Source: Abditibacterium sp.
Lineage (GTDB): Bacteria; Armatimonadota; Abditibacteriia; Abditibacteriales; Abditibacteriaceae
Length of the DNA stretch: 64,000 nt
Direction: 5' to 3'
Assembly (NCBI GenBank): GCA_965199495.1
Contig: CBDASK010000003.1
Location: forward strand, 3,040,001 to 3,104,000
The notes below the pieces were generated by a model, which did not search any database, was not told the origin of the DNA, and saw nothing but the letters and a program-made list of their open reading frames with translations. Positions within the stretch are counted from its first letter, which is position 1. The number at the start of each line of letters is the position of its first letter. Position numbers and translations under genes: made by a program. Of the stretch, positions 58,801 through 64,000 are shown one piece after another.

Positions 58801-59027
58801 GTTTTTATCTGCGCATGCGACTGAAATTCGACGAAGATTTGTTTAGCAACGTGAAAGCGTTCCAGCGCGCGCCCATCGCCAGCAACGCGCAGCCGTTTGT
58901 GCCAGTCACGCAGGGCGGTTTTGGCGGCGGCATCATCGGCAGCAGCGAGTCGGCGGGGTTGGATAGTTTTTCCGGCACGGCGGCGCCCAGAATTGGCGGC
59001 GGCAACGCTATCGGAGGTGTCCGTTAA
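52899..59027 (+). CDS. Large outer-membrane protein: DUF11 and SdrD-B-like domains plus C-terminal beta-barrel (putative pilus anchor/usher)
   Basis: Signal peptide from ATG 52899; GRVFVDSNNNG domain; long amphipathic-strand region ending LSLGYNF..GFYLRMRLKFDE. Confidence 0.82.
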   Translation: MNVFAARIAHLIRPATCALLGAALMATLGGVADAQTPSAGVAISNQASASYELGDVIVNLLSNRVQVTVAPVEGLRLTADNAKQVPIGAPVSFPHRLTNTGNVATSYNFNVSNQTGDDTDLSDLRIYGDLNGNGIVDEGEPRLDNGAAPVGLEAGQSTDLLVTGTVPVTASAGQSARVQLEAVTQNATARAQNVDTATVALGASVEVRKEASRQNASRGDQISYDLTAISRGGVAPTPTNLTVDGAARALVLLRDSVPANTTLVSWTKTGNGLLLYHRIGDAANAYVTAQPDSAAGVITDGVALGLDNFIPNSTVRATLTVRVNNNASGSFDNTADVIYREAGADRTISAPSNTVGVAVPIAPPTLAYYTSAGYTREATVTGLNRPLFLQGDSAACNVDPTAVERVTLTLTSTLTGDSIRTQMIETGPNTGIFRVENPIPTSDGAAVADDGVLQILRDDVLQARLSGCGTADAVARILVDPLGVVYDARTNQPVSGARVTLIDAATGQPARVFDFDGVTSRPSTVTTGADGVFQFPQVAPGRYRLQIEPPANYLFPSKLAPANQPPGRTIDASGSYGGEFAVDAATGAVVLDVPLDPPQGTGLFVDKIARSRDAEIGGTVDYQVTIRNVAGVAVNNVQLLDGLPRGLTYVAGSARRQSASGANGTPGIFAALPDPRIENVRALTFNIGTLAKDESAIITYRTLIGPGTPTGKVRNSARATGATNFDSYTSNTASAIVEIRGGVFTTRGVLMGRVFVDSNNNGRFDRDELAVPGARIFLEDGTYAVTDGDGQWTIYGVLPLTHVVKIDRTTLPIGATLKPLTVNYAGKGDSVFADLKNSELQRINFALSSTTEAQIADVKARIAKGQNEAPEITTQLQNTLTTTPNTQLGDTRAQPATGVVGGVAGPTNQNQTSRTVQSNAPAGIDARPLRTAGDGPLDGQFAPATAPSLEAGAREIEELLATLQPGIGILGYKDGDTLLSDQINVRVKGDAGTTLKLTLNDKAVDDDRISVRSEDSKRGVQVREYIGLKLRAGENNLQLSQIDSFGVARGEASVKLVAPGSLGRLKLTVPNVGVPADGQTGTKINVELVDDKGVRVTARTPITLEASAGRWNVRDLNDTQPGVQVFIEGGQGSFELIPPFEPGQAVVKVAAGIISADAKVSFVPYLRPVVAAGIFEGQFGFKAKGASQMPIAAFERELQSITGNGGGRAAGYIKGRIQGKYLLSMRFDTQSAEDNRLFRDIQPDEFYPVYGDSSTKGFDAQSTGKLYIRVDKDHSYALYGDFTTYAADGSESLGRYGRALTGGQIHSEDDKYSATAFVSRTSASRIVQEKRANGTSGVYQLGVSDIRPQSEIVEIIVRDRNNPGRVISATQQTRFTDYTLDGFTYGLLFRRPIPSFDEDGNPIFIRVTYERETGGPDFTVSGVAAQYKIGNRLQVGAGVVQDDDPTRKMNMRSVNGALRLSDDTILVAEYAQTDTPEFGTAGASRFELRKDGANFQARAYTGTASLGFNNPESALTRGRSESGVQLSAKIGAKTQVSAEAIRTKDGQSGAQTQGVQVGLDHAFTNDIRGGIGIRNASGDASASFGGTGQDNLSFTSIYGRLNARVGAKSNAFTRYEQQLGGGNRSLSLGADYQIAPQTRLYAIHEFFDSPLSLYALGDTQRRYGTRLGIETAYMRGGTLFSEYRLAGGVDGRTAQAAIGLRNQWKLGQGIGVSTSLENTRNLNGGINNVGSTANLGGDNGTAASIGFESLGSDKLKWTTRLEGRDGQSKTLTATAGAAYQASRDLTMLGRAAYAKSSAGGFTGTGGVAAVGGFDQKQTRVQFGLAYRPVKSDRFVALLKYELRDGDDPSGIGVRLQRRQNIISADANYLVSQSLQARLHYAFKNSRDNTDGLLTSSSAHLLSGRLSKDITRRLNLSLLGSTLWNGDSRQVAYGIEAGYGLTDNLLLSLGYNFSELRNRDFADETLGKGFYLRMRLKFDEDLFSNVKAFQRAPIASNAQPFVPVTQGGFGGGIIGSSESAGLDSFSGTAAPRIGGGNAIGGVR

Positions 59028-59049
59028 GCGCTCGCGCTCGGAGAATATC

Positions 59050-62000
59050 ATGAACCTCAAACGTTTCAAACAACTCGTGGCGCGCGCGGCTCTGGGCCTG
59101 ACTCTGGTGGCGGCTTCGCTGGGCAACGCGCGGGCGGCGCGCGCGGTTTGCGGCACGCCCGGCAAAGATGGGCCATTTACCGGCGGCGGCGTGGTCAACT
59201 CCTATTTCGCTTCGGCGCAGTCGGCCTCGGCGGGCGACCGAACCGTCATTTTGTCGTCGTCGCCGCGCGCTGACGGAGCGCAGACCGGCATCAGCGTGGG
59301 CGACTTGCTGCTGCTGTGGCAAACCCAGGGCGCCACCATTAACTCGACCAACAACGAAAGTTACGGATCGGGCAATGCCGCCAACAATGCGCGCGGTTAC
59401 ACCTCGCTCAACGGCGCGGGCAACTACGAATTCGTGCGCGTTACGGCGGTTAATGGCGGCACTCTCACCGTCGCGGGCGATGGCGCGGGCGGCGGTCTGC
59501 GTTTTTCTTATAGCTACGATCCGACGGCGATTCCGCGCCAGACGTTTCAGGTCGTGCGCGTGCCGCAGTATTCGAGCATGACTTTGACGAGCGCGCTGGC
59601 GCCGGTCAAGTTCGATGGCACCACGGGCGGCGGCATTTTCGTGGATGTTGCGGGCACCGTCACCTTCAGCACGACGACGGGCGCCAGCGTCTATCAGACC
59701 GGTTTTCGCGGCGGTTTCGCGCCGATCAACGACGCGGTCAACTCCAACTCCAATTCGGTCTATCCGATTCCCAACAAGCCGCGCAACGGCGCGGGCAAAG
59801 GCGAGGGCATCGCCGGGCGCCCGCGTTTCGTGTGGAACGAAACGACCGACACCGACAACGGCGTCGAGGGTTATCCCGGCGGCGACGGCGGGCGCGGCGC
59901 GCCCGGCAACGCGGGCGGCGGCGGCAACGCGCACAACTCGGGCGGCGGCGGCGGCTCGAATTCGGGCGCGGGCGGGCGCGGTGGCTATCCGTGGGAAGGC
60001 CAGCCCAGCCAGGCGGGCACCGTCTTCGACACCGTGGCCAACACCAATGGCACCACACGCCAGGTGCCGCGCGCCTGGGGCCAGGGCGCGGCGGCCTTGC
60101 TCAACGGCGGCGCGGCTTTTACCGATCATCTGTTTATGGGTGGTGGCGGCGGCGGCGGCGACGCCAACAATGCCACGACCGGCGTCAAGGGCGGCGTCGG
60201 CGGCGGCGTGATTATCCTGCGCGCGGGCAGTTTCGCGGGCGCCACGACCATTGATGCGCGCGGCGACGCCGGAGATCGCGGCGTCTTTGCCAACGCGCCC
60301 GACGGCGCGGGCGGCGGCGGCGCGGGCGGCACCGTGATTTTGGTTTCGCGCAATTCCAGTTCGGCCTCGATTACCGTCAACGCGCAGGGCGGCGCGGGCG
60401 GCAATACGGTCAACGATCCAATCGATCCGGGTTCGGGCGCCAACAACGGCACGACCTCGCACGGGCCGGGCGGCGGCGGCGGCGGCGGCACCGTGATCTA
60501 TTCGGGACTCAGCGTCACGGCCAACCTCGCGGGCGGCACGGCGGGCAAAACCAACGACGGCGGAACCGGCTCCATTTCGCACGGCGCGGCGGGCGGCGCG
60601 ACGGGTTTGACCGCGCCGCTCACTGCGGGGCAGGGCAATGGACTGACCGATAACGGCGACGGTTGCGCCGCGACTCTCACGGTCACCAAATCTACCACGA
60701 CGCCCTCTGTGGCTGCTGGCACCAACGCGACTTATCAGGTCACTATTGCCAACACGGGCACGGGGAGCGCGGCGGGCGTCGTGGTTGACGACGCGTTGCC
60801 GGTTCCTTTTGCCTACGATCCGGCCTCGCCCGCGACCATCATTTATACGGTGGGCGCGAGTGGCCCGGCGACGTTGGCGGGCACCAACAACACCGCTAAT
60901 GGCGTGACGACCACGCGTTTTGGCACGGCGGGTGACAGCACCAAAACCTTCTTCGTCGGCGCGGGCGCCAGCCTAACGCTGACTTTCGCGGTCAAAACCA
61001 CGGGCGCTCTGCCCGCCAAATACGATAACTCAGCGACCGTGCGTTTCGCTGAACCGCGCCGCACCGATGCCACAATTTTGGTTTCGCCTGGTGGCAAATA
61101 CGCCAATGGAACGACCGTTACGGGTTCCAATTACAACGGAACTCTGGCTGCCAACACCGCCGAAGACGTGACGATTCAGGGCAGCGTGAGCGGCACGGTC
61201 TATCTCGACGCCAACCGCAACGCCACGCTCGATAGCACCGAAAGCGGCGCGAATATCAACAATCTGTTCGTTAAAGCCGTTTTGTCGGGCCAAGCCAGCG
61301 CCGCGCAGGCCGTGCCGGTAACTGCCGCGACGGGCGCGTTCAGTTTCAGCGGGTTAGCGCCCGGTAATTACACGCTCGTGCTGGACGACAACGCGACTTT
61401 GACCGACATCACGCCCGCGCTTCCCGCCGGATATATCGGCACCGAATCGCCGGGCGGCACGCGGCAAATTACCGTCGCCAATCAGGCGCTTCAAAACCAG
61501 AACTTCGGTTTGTTCAACGGCGCGCAGATTAGCGGCAGCGTCTTCGAGGACGGCGGCAACGGCACTGGCCCCGGATTGGGCGGCGTCAAAGTCAATTTGA
61601 CCAAGGCCGACGGCACCATCATTGACACCACGACGACCGATGCCAGCGGCAATTTCGCCTTCAAAGTGCCCAACTCGGTCGGCGCGGGCGTGCTCAAAGT
61701 CGTCGAGTTCAACCTCAGCGGCTACAACTCGGTGAGCGGCAACATCGGCACAACCGGTGGCACTTACGATCAACCGACCGACATAATTTCGTTCCCCTAT
61801 GCGGCGGGTTCGACTTATACCGGACTCAAATTCGGCGATTCGCGCGGCATTACGTTTATTGGCGAAGACGCGAAAACCGGAACGGCGGGTTCGTCGGTGT
61901 TCTATCCGCACGTCTTCGCTTCGCAAACTGCGGGCAACGTGACTTTTACCACGGCGCAACTGCCGACGCCCGCCAACACGGGCTGGAGCGTGGTGACTTT

Positions 62001-62529
62001 CCGCGATAGCAACGGTAACGGCGTTTTGGATGGCGGCGACGCGCAGATCACCGGGCCGGTCGCCGTGGCTGCTGGCGTGCCGATCACGATATTCCTGCAA
62101 AACTTCATCCCGACAACCGCCGCCAATGGCGCGCAGGATAAGCTGACGGTGACAGCGAACTTCACGCCAACAACGGGCGCGGTTCAGTCCATCGCGCGCT
62201 CAGACTTGACGACTGTCGCCGCCAATCAAGGTTTGCTGTTGAGCAAAGCCGTGGACAAAACGACCGCCAAAAGCGGCGACGTTCTGGTTTACACCATCAC
62301 CTATCGCAATACGGGCGCCGAGGCTTTGACCAACCTCGTCGTCAAAGACGCGACGCCTTCTTACACAACATTCCAGAGCGCAACCACCGGGCCGCTCCCG
62401 ACTGGTTTAACGGCGCCAACGATCGCCGCGCCGAGCGCCAACGCCAAAGGCGCCGTGACGTGGACGTTCGGCGGCATTTTGAATCCGGGCCAGAGCGGAA
62501 CGGTGACATTTAATGTGAAGGTTCAGTAA
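59050..62529 (+). CDS. Secreted Gly-rich adhesin with DUF11 and SdrD-B-like stalk (putative tip adhesin)
   Basis: GGAG RBS then ATG 59050; signal peptide; GGGGG-rich head; SGTVYLDANRN and SGSVFED domains; C-terminal DUF11. Confidence 0.82.
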   Translation: MNLKRFKQLVARAALGLTLVAASLGNARAARAVCGTPGKDGPFTGGGVVNSYFASAQSASAGDRTVILSSSPRADGAQTGISVGDLLLLWQTQGATINSTNNESYGSGNAANNARGYTSLNGAGNYEFVRVTAVNGGTLTVAGDGAGGGLRFSYSYDPTAIPRQTFQVVRVPQYSSMTLTSALAPVKFDGTTGGGIFVDVAGTVTFSTTTGASVYQTGFRGGFAPINDAVNSNSNSVYPIPNKPRNGAGKGEGIAGRPRFVWNETTDTDNGVEGYPGGDGGRGAPGNAGGGGNAHNSGGGGGSNSGAGGRGGYPWEGQPSQAGTVFDTVANTNGTTRQVPRAWGQGAAALLNGGAAFTDHLFMGGGGGGGDANNATTGVKGGVGGGVIILRAGSFAGATTIDARGDAGDRGVFANAPDGAGGGGAGGTVILVSRNSSSASITVNAQGGAGGNTVNDPIDPGSGANNGTTSHGPGGGGGGGTVIYSGLSVTANLAGGTAGKTNDGGTGSISHGAAGGATGLTAPLTAGQGNGLTDNGDGCAATLTVTKSTTTPSVAAGTNATYQVTIANTGTGSAAGVVVDDALPVPFAYDPASPATIIYTVGASGPATLAGTNNTANGVTTTRFGTAGDSTKTFFVGAGASLTLTFAVKTTGALPAKYDNSATVRFAEPRRTDATILVSPGGKYANGTTVTGSNYNGTLAANTAEDVTIQGSVSGTVYLDANRNATLDSTESGANINNLFVKAVLSGQASAAQAVPVTAATGAFSFSGLAPGNYTLVLDDNATLTDITPALPAGYIGTESPGGTRQITVANQALQNQNFGLFNGAQISGSVFEDGGNGTGPGLGGVKVNLTKADGTIIDTTTTDASGNFAFKVPNSVGAGVLKVVEFNLSGYNSVSGNIGTTGGTYDQPTDIISFPYAAGSTYTGLKFGDSRGITFIGEDAKTGTAGSSVFYPHVFASQTAGNVTFTTAQLPTPANTGWSVVTFRDSNGNGVLDGGDAQITGPVAVAAGVPITIFLQNFIPTTAANGAQDKLTVTANFTPTTGAVQSIARSDLTTVAANQGLLLSKAVDKTTAKSGDVLVYTITYRNTGAEALTNLVVKDATPSYTTFQSATTGPLPTGLTAPTIAAPSANAKGAVTWTFGGILNPGQSGTVTFNVKVQ

Positions 62530-62539
62530 AAGTAGCGCG

Positions 62540-62580
62540 ACAAAAAAGAGCCAGCGAGACTGTTCGCTGGCTCTTTTTGT
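62540..62580. terminator. Bidirectional terminator between convergent genes
   Basis: AAAAAGAGCCAGCGA-N6-TCGCTGGCTCTTTTT. Confidence 0.8.
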
Positions 62581-63783
62581 TTAATTGTTCGAGGCCGACG
62601 CGCCGATGGAAAATATCAGGAACAAACGCAGCAACGCGAAAGCTAATCCCATCATCCAGCCCGCTAAGGCCACGTTGACCAGACGATTATTCTGTTCATC
62701 GAAGTAGCGCCACAGGAAAATGCCGAGCGGAAAACACGAAGCGCAAAAAACGAAAGTGAGGGCCGAAAAAACAAAGCGGTGCGCTAATTCGACGACATCA
62801 ATGGGCGCTTTGGTCGAATGCGGCGTGCGCTGGTTGAACCCGGCATAGCGCGCTATGCCGGGCAAGTGGCCCAGAAACGCGAAGCCGTTAAGACAAACGC
62901 CGATCCAGCACAATCCCGAATATGCCAGCATCCAAAACCCCCAGCCCAACTTTTCAGATGTCGCGTTGGAACGCGAGAAGGAAGGGAATAATCCATAGGT
63001 ATAATCGTTGGCCGAATCAACGAAGTCGCGAAGTATCAAAGTGAGCATCGCCAGCGTCAAAATAGTCGCCGCTCCGCTCGCGAACTTTTGGATGTCGGAG
63101 CGCTCGGCCAAAAATGCGACCACAACTCCAATAAACGGCAGCAGCATCAACACCACAAACGCGGGCGAGTAGACGAACAACGCCATCCCATTAGAGCTGC
63201 CGTAATATATTTTGATAGTCACCGGCAGGAAGGCAGCCACGGCGAGGCTTACAACTGCAAAGGCGCCCAGCACATAGACGGGCAACATCGCGCGCGAATC
63301 GGCCTGTAATCCCAGTGGATGGGTTGGGAGTTGGAACTGAATTTTGGGAAACAAATTCGGTCGCGCGATGTTGGGCAACTCCTCTTTGCGGAGCGCTACA
63401 ACCAAGGCAAAGGCTGCGGAAACGGCCAGCAGAAATTCTATCTGGCTGTTCTCGATGCGAAATGCGCCCCGATTTCCGTTGCTAAAGACTTCAAACGCGC
63501 GGTAGAGACAAGCCATAGCGAAAATTATCGTGATCGCCCAGGCGGCCCGACGAAAAATTTTGTCGTTCACGCAAGCGCCATAAAACATCGCGCCGAGCGC
63601 CGACAAACCCAATCCAATCAAACCGACAAAATACAATGTCTGCAAATTACCGGTCAGCATATCTTGGAAGACGTAACTGAAAAAACCGAGAGATTTCCAC
63701 TCGAAAACTCCCCTTATCAAGGGAAAAGTCAGAGCCACTAACCCAATTATAAACGACAATACCGCACACAATAATCGAACCAT
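62581..63783 (-). CDS. Hypothetical multi-pass membrane protein
   Basis: 400-aa ORF with about 10 hydrophobic segments; more AT-rich than its neighbours. Confidence 0.65.
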   Translation of the reverse strand: MVRLLCAVLSFIIGLVALTFPLIRGVFEWKSLGFFSYVFQDMLTGNLQTLYFVGLIGLGLSALGAMFYGACVNDKIFRRAAWAITIIFAMACLYRAFEVFSNGNRGAFRIENSQIEFLLAVSAAFALVVALRKEELPNIARPNLFPKIQFQLPTHPLGLQADSRAMLPVYVLGAFAVVSLAVAAFLPVTIKIYYGSSNGMALFVYSPAFVVLMLLPFIGVVVAFLAERSDIQKFASGAATILTLAMLTLILRDFVDSANDYTYGLFPSFSRSNATSEKLGWGFWMLAYSGLCWIGVCLNGFAFLGHLPGIARYAGFNQRTPHSTKAPIDVVELAHRFVFSALTFVFCASCFPLGIFLWRYFDEQNNRLVNVALAGWMMGLAFALLRLFLIFSIGASASNN

Positions 63784-63819
63784 AATTCAACAGTAAAACA
63801 AACTCGCGTGCGCCGCCAC

Positions 63820-64000
63820 TTACTTCAACTTCACCCGAAACAGCGTGCGCGACAGATAGCCCAAAACGCCGATGAACATCATCGCGCCCGCGAAAGCGGC
63901 GCCCAATCGTTTCATGCCCATCGAAGCGAACGATTGCTCGAACTGTATCAATTGCTGGTCATCCACGCGAAAGCGCAGTTCGCCATCGCTTAATCGCGTT
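63820..64000 (-). CDS. 3' end of a gene entering from the right edge (C-terminal membrane helix)
   Basis: Minus frame open from the edge: ..TRLSDGELRFRVDDQQLIQFEQSFASMGMKRLGAAFAGAMMFIGVLGYLSRTLFRVKLK*. Confidence 0.5.
   Translation of the reverse strand, partial: TRLSDGELRFRVDDQQLIQFEQSFASMGMKRLGAAFAGAMMFIGVLGYLSRTLFRVKLK

Noticed and set aside
58897..59049. Upstream start of the 1210-aa ORF
   Set aside because: It overlaps the preceding gene; the GGAG RBS and signal peptide point to ATG 59050.
59008..60582. 524-aa antisense ORF and other long antisense ORFs (e.g. 49917..50990, 56796..57830, 10631..11542)
   Set aside because: Antisense shadows of GC-rich genes, with Arg/Ala-rich composition and no motifs.
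63820..64000. Assignment of the edge gene to the ABC1/UbiB kinase family
   Set aside because: Only 59 C-terminal residues are visible, with no diagnostic motif.

Overview
A 64-kb, GC-rich bacterial chromosome segment. Gene content and protein style suggest an Abditibacteriota/Armatimonadota-type diderm, but this is inference and not verified. It carries envelope genes (kdsC, two GT-C glycosyltransferases, a GT2, a LolA-like protein, a long LptC/LptA-like lipoprotein), a PadR gene with two tandem HAAS-domain membrane genes, and the rpsP-khpA-rimM-trmD-rplS-lepB-lepB-rnhB cluster. It also has a phosphate-type porin divergent from a PhoB-like regulator with an 11-bp-period Pho box, comEC, a MoxR-DUF58-transglutaminase locus interrupted by an RNA ligase + PIN nuclease pair, TetR-DUF2339-VIT/vWA genes, a circularly permuted ATP-grasp/alpha-E/transglutaminase operon, two pseudogenes and an IS1 remnant. 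Three observations stand out. (1) The four-gene operon at 49242-62529 has DUF11-type Lys-Asp-Asn Ig domains split into N-terminal Asn-bearing donor strands and C-terminal Lys/Asp acceptor domains. This predicts a self-crosslinking donor-strand pilus made of a chaperone/cap, a shaft pilin, an outer-membrane barrel anchor and a tip adhesin. (2) The non-palindromic motif GSCGTGGCTG (8-mer core, at least 47 copies by manual count) is scattered through coding sequence on both strands, like an uptake or Chi-type signal. (3) Many intergenic gaps hold near-perfect inverted repeats from at least six unrelated families, some nested. No rRNA, tRNA or CRISPR array was seen.
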